This document shows, one piece after another, positions 25,854-39,405 of a stretch of DNA of 64,000 bases. Numbering within the stretch: the stretch's first letter is position 1; each line of letters begins with the position of its first letter. Source of the DNA: Octopus sinensis. Its lineage: Eukaryota. The DNA lies in NCBI RefSeq assembly GCF_006345805.1, contig NC_043002.1, positions 91,884,001-91,948,000 of the forward strand, given 5' to 3'. Made by a program: the position numbers and the translations under genes. The notes beneath the pieces were generated by a model, which made no database searches, had not been told where the DNA came from, and was given only the letters and a program-made list of their open reading frames with translations.

Positions 25854-28800
25854 GTTTCTTTATTAGCCACACAGGGCTGCACACAGATAGAACAAATTAC
25901 AAGGTAGAGCTTTTCTTTTGGGGGTAAAAAAAAGAGAGTGGTGGTTTTCGATCAAAAGGGATCGTAAAAGGAAAGAAAAAGGACAAAAAAAAGAGAGGGG
26001 TTAAAAAAGGGGGGGGATGAATAATAGGGATCGTTATCACAGAAATGTCAATATGAAGTGTAAAGGGGAGGACGGGTGAGGTTCACCCGTGGAAAGAAAA
26101 GCCTACGGAAAAGACCACGGTAACCTCGGTCAATGAAGTCACATGTTATATTCCTTTTTTTTTTTTTGCAAATAAGCAACTCTCTGTATTAATTTTTATG
26201 GTTCATAGAATCATAGTCAAGGTGGCTTCGTCATTCATACGTGCCATCCTTGCTACATTCACCCATCTTTTTTTAAAACATTCACTAGACAAAACTTGCC
26301 TCTCTCTCTACTCTCCTCTTCAAGTGATACTTGAAGAAGTTGATGAGAGATTGACCAGAGAGGAAAGTGTTTGTCTCTAATCCTTTCAGGCGCGTCCACC
26401 AGATACATTCTTTCGCCATAGCCACAAGTATGATAAAATAGCTCTTCCTTCCGTTTGAAGGAAGGAGGCGTGACGATATTAACGATAGACTCGGCTGATA
26501 AACCGACACGTCCCACACGTGACAGCAGTCGTTCGACATAAGCCCACAGGTGGGAAATTGCTGGACACTGCACGATTGCGTGCAGAGCGGTTTCGTCGCT
26601 CTGCCCGCATCTCGGGCAGGTCGGTCCCGTGTTTCTCGAGCCATGCCTATAGAGCTTATCCCGAACGGGTAGCGCTTCTCGGTAGCACCGCCAGGCCAGG
26701 GATCTCTGGAAGTTGTCCATAGGTCCCGGGCCGAAAGTCGTTTGAAAAACAGGCGATCAGGTATTCCTCGTTGACGCCCAGGTTTTGCCCCGAGCTCGTC
26801 GTCGTACCTCCCCTCCACTAATCCCCTATAGAATGCTTTGGTTGTGTTGAAGTCACTCAAGGTCGACCCGGGACGGCAGAGTTGCTTGAGAGCAACGCGA
26901 CACTTGCGGTGCCAATCGCCCTTCCTCGGCCTCTTTTTGATCCACGACTGTAGTTCGGTCATGGAGACGAGTTGCGAATGCGTGCCTCACAAACGGCGAC
27001 CACACCTGTTCACCGTCGTCTACATAGAGCCGGAGATGTCGCAGTCTCAGCGCGTGTCTGCGCATCATCAACCACGGCATGCCCAGCCCTCCTTTTAACG
27101 GGTGTTGACAGCAAATGGATCGCCTGACCATCGGGACGCATCCTTTCCACAAGAAGCGGAAGAGGATGCGTTCTAGTTTGGTGATGGTAGGGTCGGGACA
27201 AGGTACGACGGTCAGGCGGTAGTAGATGATGGACGCGATGTACGCGTTCACCACCTCCGCCCGACCTTTTAGGACAGTTTCCTCTCGGCCCATTCCTGGG
27301 CGAGAGTGACCACCCTACTCGTTATCTCGTTCCAGTTCTTCTCCATTTGGAGGTCCGGACCGAACCAGACCCCGAGTAACTCAACCGGCCGTCTGTCCAG
27401 CGTCCCATGACGGAGGTACTGGTGGACGGCATGGGCTTGCTTCTCCAGGTGCCGAGCCGCAAGCCCACTGACTTTTTCCGGTTGATTTTTGCTCCTGTCA
27501 CCGCTTCGTAGTCTTTCAGTGTCTCGCCGACCGCTCGATGTGCTCGTGGCTTGACACTATGACGGTGACGTCGTCCGCGTATGCAGACACGCTCGTCCCG
27601 CATCCCAATTCTCGCGGGATGCCCCTTAGAGTCGCCAGCTTCCGCAGTAGTGGCTCAAGAGTCAATACGTATAGAAGCGCCGAGAGGGGGCATCCCTGAC
27701 GGACCGAACGTGCAATGTTGAAAGGTCTCGATAGATGTCCATTTACGCGAATTACCGAACGGATGCTCTGTACAAGGCAGCTATCCAGCCGCGGAAGACG
27801 GGACCGAAACCAGCCGAAACTGCCTCCAAGTATCGATGGTCTACCCTATCAAAGGCTTTCGATGATCAAGTTGATCAGCCCACACCCATGCCAGGTTCGT
27901 TAACTACCCTGTCTATGATGTAGCGCATCAGATGCAGGTTGTCATGGATGCTCCGGCCCGGCACGGCGCACGTTTGTGCGTTGTCGACCAGTTCTCGATG
28001 ACAAGCGCCACCCCTCTTGGCTAACACCTTTGTCAAAATTTTCTTGTCTGCATTGAGCAGCGTGATTGGTCTAAAGTTATCTATAATGTTTCCCTTGTTT
28101 GGATCTTCTTCAGCAGAGTTACAGCTCCTCGACTCACAAAACTGGGTATGCTCCCGTTTTGCTGCCAGTTGCAGTATACCGCTGCCAAGACGTCTCCAAA
28201 CAAGTCTGGCATACAATTGTAAAACTCGTAGGGTAGACCATCCAAACCCGGTGATTTGTCCCCGAGCATTCTGCTATCGCTTCCTGCACTTCCGCCGCCG
28301 TGATGGCACCTTCGCAGCACCCTGCCTTTCTTGTCGAGAGTCGTGGCAGGCTATGTAGGTAGGCACTGAAGTCCACCCTACGTTCTTGCCCTCCACTCGT
28401 CCCGAACAGTCGGGCAAAATGCTGCTGAAAGGCCTCACACATTTTACTTGGCTCGAGCAATTCGCGCCCCTGTTCATCTACCAGTGACCGAATGGTGGCT
28501 TTGTTGCCCTGTTGCGCCTCTGCCACCCGGGCCTCTCTCGCGGCTCCAACACCTTCGTTCCTTAGAGCACGCATCCTAGCTCTGACAGCACATCCTTCGT
28601 GTTTGGCGTTGAAGTGTTGGTCGAGGGCCAACTCGCCGCCAAAACGTCGGATGCGATGCTGCTTCTAATTGCCTCTTCTAGCTTCTTAACTAGCTCACCC
28701 TCTACTCTATTTCTATCTATGGCTAGTGCTTTGCTGTACCTAATCGCTTCTGCTTTTACTGCTCTCTTGAGGGCAAACCACCATTTGTTGTTGATGATGG

Positions 28801-30272
28801 CTCCCGTCAAAGCCCTCTTTACTAGTGTGCTAATCCGGTCTCTGAAAACTTGTCTGGACGGGAATGATGCGTTCAGTTTCCAGTACCCAGGACCCTGTCT
28901 ATGTGCCTTATCTAAGTCTAGCGTACACGTCACCAATTTGTGATCCGTGTAGCTGACTGTGTGGAATTGTGGACATCCTAAGTTATCCTTGTCTACTGTC
29001 CTACACAGTATCCTATCTAGATACGATCTTGACGACCCACTGCGGTTGCTCCATGTCCACGTTGGTGCATTTGGGTGGTCGAGTCGGTACCTGTCAGACA
29101 GTTGGAATCGTCTGAGCAGGTCTCTGAGGCATTTGCATCCCCTTCTGTTTCTGTCTCTATCCACGTAGTCTACATGCGTGTCCAAGGTAGCATTCCAATC
29201 CCCCACTAAGAGTAAAGGACGAGACGTTCCGAAAGAAACTTCTAGACGTCGAAAGAAATCGCCCGACCTGTTAGGGCGGTGCGTAGACTGATACGAGTCG
29301 AAAAGCTCACCCATTGCTGCCGTCAACATCCAGAACGATCAGTCTACCCTCCGGGTCTACGAATATCGTCTTGACTTCGAGATCCAGGCTCTTGTGAAAA
29401 AGTACCGCGGTGCCACTACCGCCCATCCTCGGCAGACAGGGAGCGAAATAAATGTTAAACTGTCCGCCAAACATGGACTTTAGGGCCCGTGGCTCGTGGA
29501 GTCTGGTCTCACTTATGGCTATGATTCCCAAATCATGTGACTTGATGTCATTTAGGAGGTATCCTTGTTTCCAAGGAGACCCCAAGCCACGCGCATTCAC
29601 ACAACCAATCTTGACCATGATTCGATTGGGGTGTGTGCTTTAAAACACAAATGAAAGTACAGAGAGTTACTTACTTGTGTCGAAAGTTTTAGCTTCCTCG
29701 TTCTTTGATGTGTCTTCGAGGAGGTTTTTATATAGTTTTTGGGACAGATATTTCTGGAAACCCCCTACAGCATTTGGAAGAGGGCTTTGAGTTTGTGGTG
29801 TTGTGTTTGTTGATGTGTAGTATTTTGATGTGTTTGGGTGGTGTAGTGCGTGGATGATTGCTATTTTTAAAGTCATCTTCACAATGTTTGTGTATCCTGT
29901 GATGTACTCCATTAGTTTGGAGTCTTGGTGTCTATCGCTGATAGCATTGTTTTTGTGGTGTTGGTGCTTGTTTTGTTGTGTATGGAGTTTTCAGGGTTCA
30001 GGTATCTCCCTGCTTTGGTTGCGATTTCTTGTTTGGTTTTTCTTGATCTTTTTCTTTACCCCCTGTGGCTATTTGCCATTCTGTCGAACTTTCATCGTTA
30101 GATGAAAAGTCTGACGAATCAGCAGGGGGCAAGGGTAAAGCGTCTGGGTGTGTTTGTGCGGTTGTAGATATTGTTGTGGTGCGCGGGGAGGGTGTTGCTG
30201 GGGGGTTTGTTGTGGTTATTGTCTCTCCTACATCCTTGGTGCTTGTCTTCTTCGTTGTTATTCTTGGTGTTG

Positions 30273-30276
<4 letters not shown>
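25854..30276 (-). mobile_element. Tx1-clade LINE (ORF1 remnant, ORF2 and 3' UTR), 5'-truncated
   Basis: APE endonuclease start MVKIGCVNARGL...ISETRL, LLVGDWN, TDHK; RT motifs NFRPITLLNAD, DQSKAFD, VRQGCPLS, YADDV; C-terminal CPRCGQSDETALHAIVQCP; AATAAA at the 3' end. Confidence 0.92.
26259..29618 (-). pseudogene. Tx1 ORF2 (APE endonuclease, RT, zinc finger), multiple frameshifts
   Basis: ORF fragments 29307-29618, 28562-29329, 28134-28631, 27875-28216, 26853-27293 and 26259-26720 are colinear pieces of one ORF2. Confidence 0.88.
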
Positions 30277-30360
<84 letters not shown>

Positions 30361-30374
30361 TTTATTTATTTATA

Positions 30375-30748
30375 TTCTTTCTGCTAAGGGCACAAGGCCT
30401 GATATTTTGAGGGAGGAGGATACATCGACCCCAGTGCGTAACGTCCTTTTTTCACCAAAAGTGTGAGAGGCAAAATTGACTTCGGCGGAAGTTGAACTCA
30501 GCACGTAATAGCAGACGAAATACCTATTTCTTTACTACCCACAAGGGGCTAAACACAGAGGAGACAAACAAGGACAGACAAATGGATTAAGTCGATTATA
30601 TCGACCTCAGTGCGCAATTGGTACTTAATTTATCGACCCCGAAAGGATGAAGGGCAAAGTCGACCTCGGCGGAATTTGAACTCAGAACGTAACGGCAGAC
30701 GAAATACGGCTAAGCATATCACCCGGCGTGCTAAGGATTCTGCATGCT
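30375..30748 (-). mobile_element. SINE family A dimer (young Tx1-tailed unit followed by remnant of an older unit)
   Basis: Minus strand: head...Tx1-like tail aaagaaata|ggtatttcgtctg...ggccttgtgccc tail. Confidence 0.85.
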
Positions 30749-30766
30749 CGCTGACATAATGAATAT

Positions 30767-30816
<50 letters not shown>

Positions 30817-30827
30817 TATATATATAC

Positions 30828-31035
<208 letters not shown>

Positions 31036-31056
31036 CGAGAGAGAGAAGATAGATAA

Positions 31057-31132
<76 letters not shown>

Positions 31133-31252
31133 TAGATAGATAGATACGTGTGTGTGTGTGTGTGTGTGTAAAAAACAAGCACGGTTAATGTACCGAATAT
31201 AAGAAAAACCAGCCTTTTACCTTTGCAAACTTCAAAGAAATATACAGACGTC

Positions 31253-31305
31253 TCAGTATCAATTGATTTCACCTTCAGTGCCTGGTACTTAGGATCGTCA
31301 GCTGA
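31253..31305 (-). ncRNA. Type I hammerhead ribozyme motif
   Basis: TCAG CTGACGA T CCT A AGT-ACCAGGC-ACT GA AGG T GAA ATCAATTGAT A CTGA; core intact, helix I TCAG/CTGA, 10-nt palindromic helix III. Confidence 0.7.
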
Positions 31306-31594
31306 TCTTACTATATATAACTATTTTTCAAAATATATACACTACATCGTACGCGTCTGTTCCTCTAAATGCTCTTGCGACATTCAAAAGCGAACAATAA
31401 TAAGTAAAATTTAGAAAATAGGATATCATTATTACCCAAAATAATAATAATAAATTGGCTAGCAAGCTTAACCAATATAGGTGAATATATATAACGTTTA
31501 GGGTATAAAAAACATATCAGTTATGCTAGAAAGAGGCGTCAACTCTCAAAAGCCGCATATTTTTCACTATAGACGAAACACGCACGGTTTGATA

Positions 31595-31975
31595 TAGTGG
31601 CTGTGTGGTAAGTAGCTTGCTAACCAACCACATGGTTCCGGGTTCAGTCCCACTGCGTGGCATCTTGGGCAAGTCTCTTCTGCTATAGCCCCGGGCCGAC
31701 CAATGCCTTGTGAGTGGATTTGGTAGACGGAAACTGAAAGAAGCCTGTCGTATATATGTATGTGTGTGTGTGTTTGTGTGTGTGTGTTTTTCCCCCTGCA
31801 TTGCTTGACAACCGATGCTGGTGTGCTTACGTCCCCGTCACTTAGCGGTTCGGCAAAAGAGACCGATAGAATAAGTACTGGGCTTACAAAGAATAAGTCC
31901 CGGGTCGATTTGCTCGACTAAAAGGCGGTGCTCCAGCATGGCCGCAGTCAAATGACTGAAACAAGTAAAAGAGTT
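31595..31975 (+). mobile_element. SINE family B, full length
   Basis: gtggctgtgtggtaagtagcttgc head through cagtcaaatgactgaaacaagtaaaagag tail. Confidence 0.92.
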
Positions 31976-31983
31976 ATATATAT

Positions 31984-32021
<38 letters not shown>

Positions 32022-32089
32022 CTTACAATATATTCCTGCCATTTTATGTTTTTAATTTCGCATATGTGCATTGTTTGTTTTTCATTTTG

Positions 32090-32867
32090 TCGACTACACA
32101 GTTGGGCTCCGTCAGTGAGAAAAACAGCACTATTACGCAATTCACACTGCCAGAAATTTGGTAATGGCATGCTGTAGAGCTTGGCATTCGCGCCGGAAGC
32201 TCCAATACGAACATTTCAGAGTGTTTGACTGTTAATCTGAGGGCATGTGCCGAGAGTGATAAAAATCAAACATCTAGTCAACATTATAATATTTGGAATG
32301 ATCACTAATGATGGCGACGTTATGCCTCCATTCATCTTCCGACACAGCCTCAGACTCAACACGGAGGCCTACATTAAGCGTCTGGAGGAGGTAGTGCTGC
32401 CCTGGGTGAATAAGGAGGCTGTTGTAAGACTTTGCATCTTGCAACAGGACTCTGTACCATGCCACACAAGCAGGAGAGCCCAGTCATGGCTGACAGACAA
32501 TTTCTGCGACCACATCACCCCTAACATCTGGCCACCGATCTCCCCAGACTGAAACCCCTTTGATCATTATGTATGGAGCGCAGCTGAGCAAGAGACCAAC
32601 TAAACTCCTTGTAACACCAAAGATGAAGTGAAGGCAAGGATTATGGCTGCATTCACCAAATTAAACAAGAAGACCATCCAGAAGAGTTGTAGGAGATTCC
32701 GAAGTGGTCTGGAGACCGTGGTTGAATCCAATGACGATTTTACTAAATAAATTTACTCTTTAGTATTTCAAGATATTTTTATGTAATTTTAGAAAATATA
32801 TCTGTTAAAATGAGGTGTCAGTGATATTTTCATTTTCGCGTAATTTAGACGACAGTTTATCCACCGC

Positions 32868-32872
<5 letters not shown>
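32090..32872 (+). mobile_element. Tc1/mariner (maT/DD37D-like) transposase relic
   Basis: IFGMITNDGDVMPPFIF, QQDSVPCHTS, WPPISPD*NPFDHYVW; family assignment from motif recall. Confidence 0.8.
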
Positions 32873-32926
<54 letters not shown>

Positions 32927-33694
32927 TTATCTATCTATCTATCTAAACATACATGCATACATACATACATGCATACATGCATATATATATATATGTGTGT
33001 GTCTGTGTATGTGTTTGTGTATGTGTGTATGTATGTAGGTAGGTATGTATGTAACTGCGGTTCACCCAGAATTATTTGTGACGTACAGAGATATTTCCAT
33101 TCTTCTAAGATGATATGTCACAGAAAGAATATGATTCTCTGTATTCGTTCCACTGTTGATTTATGATTTTGTGTGTGTGTGTGTAAAATTCCACTGAATA
33201 CGTAACGTAAAACACATTAGACAAGGTAGTTATTCCTGGAGACAGAATACCTACCTCAACATTGCTTACTCGTTCATATATCTTAATGGCACATACAATT
33301 ACTTCAGGGGAAAATACTACACAAATATTCATAATATACGACAAGTGAAAGCTCATTGTTTTTCATTTCTTTTCTGTTTCGGCGTATTTCAAACACACAT
33401 TGATTATCTCAAATACCTGCCCACCTGCCCAAGCGCATGGTCTCACTCTTTCTCATTCGATCTGTGTATGAGTATCTATATGTATATATTATACATATAA
33501 ATATATGTGTGTGCGTGTGTGCGTATGTGTGTGCCTTTGTATGTGTTTGTGAGTGTATGCATATTATTTTCATAGCTGTGAGCTCTATATGTGTGTCCAT
33601 TACTTGAATTTATCATTACATATGGTTTTGTTATATGCAGATGTTCACAATAAATAATACTTGAAAGTTAACTTGTGAACCTGTATGCTGTTTA

Positions 33695-34000
33695 GATCAC
33701 GTGATCGACCAGACTATCGGATGTAGTTATACATTGCTGGTCACAATGCGCTTTGCACTGTTTAGTTTCCGAAAGATGCCACCTCGCTGCTAGGTGAGCA
33801 AGCCGACAGTCCTTCTGATCAGAAGGATTGTCCGTCGCAGGGTCACCCAGGTTACCCATTTACAGCTGAGGCGACTGGAGCAATGTGAAATGGAGTGTTT
33901 TGCTCAAGAACACAACGCGTAGCCGGTCTGAGAATCGAACGCACGATACATCAATCGTGAGTACACCACGCCTAACCACTAAACCACGCACCTTCACAAG
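33695..34000 (-). mobile_element. tRNA-derived SINE family C
   Basis: Head gtggtttagtggttagg...gttcgattctc, domain ttcttgagcaaaacac...cagctgtaaatgggtaacc, tail shared with 1287-1400. Confidence 0.8.
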
Positions 34001-34238
34001 ATGATTATATGATTAGTTTTTTACTTGTTGCAGTTATTAGATTGTGGCCATGCTGGGGTACCGGCTTGAAGGATTTTTAGTCGAATGAATCGACCCCTTT
34101 TTTCAGCCTAGTACTTATTCTATTCCTCTCTTTTGCTGAACCGTTAGATTACGGAGACATGAACATACCAACACCGGTTGTCAAGCGGTGATGGAGGACA
34201 AACACAGACGCAAAGATAAAGATACACACACAAAGACC

Positions 34239-34290
<52 letters not shown>

Positions 34291-34587
34291 GAAGAAGAAT
34301 AAGAAGAAGAAGAAGAAGATCTAGTGTTTGACTAATATTTTATCGATGTTACAAGAATGAAAAGCAAAGTCGATCTTAGTGGGATTTTAACTCAGCGTGC
34401 AGTGAACCATATCAAAATGCATCAACCATTTTATCCGACCCCTCTGATAATACTAGTTAAATACGGCGGACGTAACTATTGTTGCAAGGGTCTCACAAAA
34501 AAAATCTCTTTCTTCTATTTTTGGAATAAAGTTTTCTTGCAAGACGTAGATAATCAATTGCCTTCTACCTCGAACAATACGAATATC

Positions 34588-35040
34588 CTTTCTACTATAG
34601 GCACAAGACCTGAAATTTGCCGGGGGAGGGAGGGATAAGTCGATTACATCGATCCCAGTGCGTAACTGGTACTTAATTTATCGATCCCGAAATGATGAAA
34701 GGCAAAATCGACCTCGGTGGAATTTGAACTCAGAATGTAACGACTGATGAAATATCGTCCAGGGTGCTACCGATTCTGCCAGCTCGCCACCTTAGCAGTA
34801 CGATTAATATCTATTTCTTTACTGCCCACAAGGGGCTACGCACAGAGGGAACAAACAAGGACAGACAAACGGATTAAGTCGATTATATCGACTCCAATGC
34901 GTAACTGGTACTTATTTAATCGACCCCGAAACAATTAAAGGCAAAATCGACCTCGGTGGAATTTGAACTCAGAACGTAACGACTGGCCTAATATCGTCCA
35001 GGGTGCTAACGATTCTGCTAGCTCAGCTCGCCACCTTAGC
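34588..35040 (-). mobile_element. SINE family A dimer with shared private mutations
   Basis: Two copies (about 34590-34795 and 34812-35040) sharing cggtgg, aaaatcg, atatcgtccagggtgcta and ccaccttagca but with different tails. Confidence 0.85.
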
Positions 35041-35444
35041 ATATTATCGTGAGGTTGTATGGCTAAAGTAATCAATGAGCTTCATGCAGTTCTTGTAGGG
35101 TATTGAGAGAGGATTTAGACTAATGAAGGTAACCTCCTTAATTTGTATGCTACCGATATATCACTTTGTAACTCTGATTGCGATAATGATATTCTCTCCA
35201 TGACTTTTATTCGACTGTTTTATTTTATTTTATTTATTTATTTATTTATTTATATTTTTTTATTGATAAGATACATACAAGAAAGTACTCTTTGATTCAG
35301 ATGTGCAGATGTTCAAGTTTGTCATCCGATATTGTGTACACCCCATTTATTACACCCATAAATATATTTGCGTGGTGTAGAGTAAAAGAGACTGCTAGCC
35401 CGCTTCTGCATGTTATCGGTGTCGAAGATCGTCAATTAGATATT

Positions 35445-35671
35445 TCTTTACTACCCACAAGGGGCTAAACACAGAGGGGACAAACAAGGACAGACAAATG
35501 GATTAAGTCGATTGCATAGACCCAGTGCGTAACTGGTACTTAATTTATCGACCCCGAAAGGATGAAAAGCAAAGTCAACCTCGGCGGAATTTGAACTCAG
35601 AACGTAACGGCAGACGAAATACGGCTACGCATTCATTTCGCCCGGCGTGCTGACGGTTCTGCCAGCTCGCC
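35445..35671 (-). mobile_element. SINE family A with Tx1-like tail, solo copy with TSD
   Basis: agatcgtcaattagatatt duplicated at 35426-35444 and 35672-35690. Confidence 0.92.
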
Positions 35672-35779
35672 AGATCGTCAATTAGATATTCAGCAGGCAG
35701 GCACAGCACTCAACACCTGTTATACATTTTTTTTCTTATATCCTCATAAACGTGTCTGTTTATAAGGTGGTAGACATAA

Positions 35780-36177
35780 TCTTTATATATAAAAGTCAAG
35801 TTGTGTGTCTGTCTCCTACGATTTAGTTTCCAAACTACTCCCACATTTTGCGGTGCAGTTTAACCAAAACCGGGTATCTTATAGTCGTGATTCATATCGA
35901 GCCCTTCTGGATATTAGCGCGCGTCTACGATGAGTCTACGATTTAAAAAATAATTTACCATAATTTTTTTCCATTTTAATGCATTTTTTCGCTATTATAT
36001 AAGGGAAGTAACTCTCTAAAAATGTCTACGATGAGTCAACGATTTAAAAAAATATTTACCTTAATTTTTTTCCCATTTTTAATGCATTTTTTTGCTAATT
36101 TTTGGCTACAACTCTCTAAAAATGCTTATATAGTTATTTCCCTTACAAACCCGAGCAATGCCGGGCGATACTGATAG
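35780..36177 (+). mobile_element. Non-autonomous Helitron-like element with internal tandem duplication of about 100 bp
   Basis: TCtttatatataaaag start; cccgagcaatgccggg hairpin then aTAG followed by T; gtctacgatgagtc..cgatttaaaaaa duplicated. Confidence 0.7.
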
Positions 36178-36486
36178 TATCTGATATATTTGTTAATATC
36201 GATGACCACATAGACTTCAGTGGCGAACAATCGACAGCTACTTGGTTTTACCATCCCCAGTTCTTGGCGAGATAGACTTGCCTAGAGAGAACATAAAAGG
36301 TTCAACGAAATGCCACAAGACATTTTACTTTCCGCTTTTCCATCTCAGATCAAATTATCTGCCCCAGTATCTTTCTACTCTCACAATCCAATACCGTTAC
36401 TTTCTCAGATTTGCTGGGTAGAGATGGATATCTTTTTTCTCGGCTAAACCGAGCAGATGCAGCGCACCCATTTGTAATACATCAGT

Positions 36487-36740
<254 letters not shown>

Positions 36741-37339
36741 GATATTCATAATTTCTCAGTTGAAATGATTTTTGAATTTATGGTTGGATATGTTCATTTT
36801 CTTTCTTGTTTTTTTTTTGTTTTTATTATCCTGCACAGTTATGGTGAGGGAGGGGGGAGAAGGGAAGAAATACAGAAATAATGAAACTGAATGTTTTGAC
36901 ATAATGTACAATTGTTTTTATAAAGACTAACTGTGGCGCTGAAAAATGAGATTGCTCAACACAAGCATGTTGTTGAGTATTGATTGCGCTTCATTGTATT
37001 TCTAAATTAGTTTAACATATTAGTGGTGATTACGAAACAGTAGCAGGCAATTCGCTGTAATTACAATGTAATAAACATATGCATAGCAAAGCAGCATGTT
37101 ACTTTACTTCAAGTTACTTATCATCTGTCGAGTAGCTGAAAGTGTTTTAAATAATATCTTATTTAATTCTACTAAGCACAGTTGTAATCTGTCGTTTAAA
37201 CTGCAATACGTGGCATGTGTTATATTTGTAACGACAGCTAAAAATTTAAGTGCGTATAGGAGTGCATACCTTTACTACTGGCTATGCAGGTAATCTATCG
37301 TGTAAAAGAGTATTTCTTAGAGTTAAGTAAATTGTCAGT

Positions 37340-37650
37340 GGAGGCGTATGGCTTAATGGTTAGGGTGTTCGGATTCCCGATCGTAAGATTGTGGTTTCGA
37401 TTCTTGGACCGGGCAATGAGTCGTGCTCTTGAGCAAAACACTTCACTTCGCGTTGCCTCAGTCCACTCAGCTGTGGAACTGAGTACCACTACCGGAGGCG
37501 CGTCGCTAAGTGGTTAGGGTGTTAGATTCACGGCAGTAAAATTGTGGTTTCGATCCCTAGACCGGGCAATCCGTTGTGTTCTTGAGCAAAATGCTTTATT
37601 CACGCTGCTCCAGGCTACTCAGCTGTAGAAATAAGTTTAGCCTGGAGAGG
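37340..37650 (+). mobile_element. Two tandem 5' halves of SINE family C
   Basis: ggaggcgtatggcttaatggttaggg... and ggaggcgcgtcgctaagtggttaggg..., each followed by the cttgagcaaaa domain. Confidence 0.75.
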
Positions 37651-38214
37651 GATGAGCTCCACCAGGCTTCCGCGCCCTAGTTACGCCGCATGGCTGCAGC
37701 GCCCAAACGACACCACCCCACCCTTTTGTCAAGATTAATAAGATTCTTTTTGATTTAGACACAAATTTGAAATTTGGAGGCAAGTCGATTATATAGACCC
37801 CTACCCCAGGGCTCAACTGGTAATTGTTTTATCGACCGTGAAAGGGATGAAAGGCAAAGTCGCTCTCGGGAGAATTTGAGCTCGGAAACGCTGCTAAGCG
37901 TTTTGTCCGGTACGTTAACGAGTCTTCTAGCTCACCGCTTTCCCAACTCAATGAAAATTAAAATGGGTTTTAAAATTTAAAAATACTTCTCCGGCAACAT
38001 GACAAACAAAGAAGAATTATATGGATTCAAACTTTTTTTTGTTTCCCATTAAAAAAAGAGGAGAATGGAAATTCCACTTTTGGTGGGTACGACTTCTGTT
38101 GATGAGTTACAAAACTGCTGGTTTACATATGTGCCTGTGTGTGTGTGGAGGTGTGTGGAGGTGTGTGTATGTACATGTGTTTGTCGTGCCATGTAACTTT
38201 AACAAATATTCTCT

Positions 38215-38402
38215 TCTTTTATTTGTCTCACTTATTAGACTGTGGCCAACAAGCTGGGGCACCACCATGAAGTATTTCTTGTCAAATGTATCGACCCCAC
38301 CCCCAATACTTATATTGCCGAGCCGCTAAGTTACGGGAACGTAGACCAACCAATATCGGGGTGGGTGGGGGAGAAACACAGGCACCAACATACACACACA
38401 CA

Positions 38403-38444
<42 letters not shown>

Positions 38445-38605
38445 ACGGGCTTCTTTCAGTTTCCGTCTACCAAATCCACTCAGAAGGCTTTGGTTGGCCC
38501 GAAGCTATAGTAGAAGACACTTGCCCAAGGCACCATGCAGTATGTCTGATCCTCGAACCATGTGGTTTGGAAGCAAGCTTCTTACCACACAGCTACGCCT
38601 ACGCT
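38215..38605 (-). mobile_element. SINE family B
   Basis: gccgagccgctaagttacggg, cagtttccgtctaccaaatcc and acacttgcccaagg blocks. Confidence 0.85.
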
Positions 38606-39187
38606 ATGTATAGCAATGTAAATTATTCCACTGATGAAGGCAATGAAATTATCCAGTAATTTTTTGCTAGTTTATTTTGTCTCTTTGTCTTCTCTCCTGG
38701 TGCTGTATGAACATTTAATGTGGTTTTAGAGTAAAGTTTTGACTGCTATTTCCAGCGTGGAGGTATCTCTCAGATACCCTAAATTATAATTTTAAATATT
38801 TATTACCTTTGAAAGCTTTTTATTCCTATGCTAGTCACCTGATACGATCGGTATTTTAAATATCGATCTTATCCTTATTTATAATAAATTTATTATTTAG
38901 CCTCAGCTCAACAGTGGTCAAACAGTCCGATGATTGATGTCGTTCCAGCCATGGCTATCATGCCTTTTATTCAAATGGTGGATTTAACATTATCCTTGTA
39001 GCTCTTTTTACTTTAAAGGCAGTATGATGTGTTACGAGGAAGATTTACCTACTATTTCTTGCAGACTGAGAGGCTGCATTGAGGCTTTCCCTGTTAGCTT
39101 GAACGTTGTATTGAACATCTTACATCCCTTTATACTATGAGGTAAATTTTGTTAATCATCCAGCCGGAGACAATAGAGTGTATATCA

Positions 39188-39405
39188 AAGGCGGCGAGGT
39201 GGCAGAGACGTTAGCACGCCGGGCGAAATGCTTAGCAGTATTTCGTCTAATTTTACGTTCTGAGTTCAAATTCCGCCGAGCGAATTTGCCTTTCATCCTT
39301 TCGGGGTCGATAAATTAAGTACCAATTTCGTACGGGGATCGATGTAATCTACTGACCTCCTCCTCCAAAATTTCGGGCCTTGTGCCTAGAGTAGAAAAGA
39401 ATATT
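39188..39405 (+). mobile_element. SINE family A (ggccttgtgcctagagtagaaaag tail)
   Basis: Head ggcggcgaggtggcagagacgttagc and the conventional tail. Confidence 0.88.
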
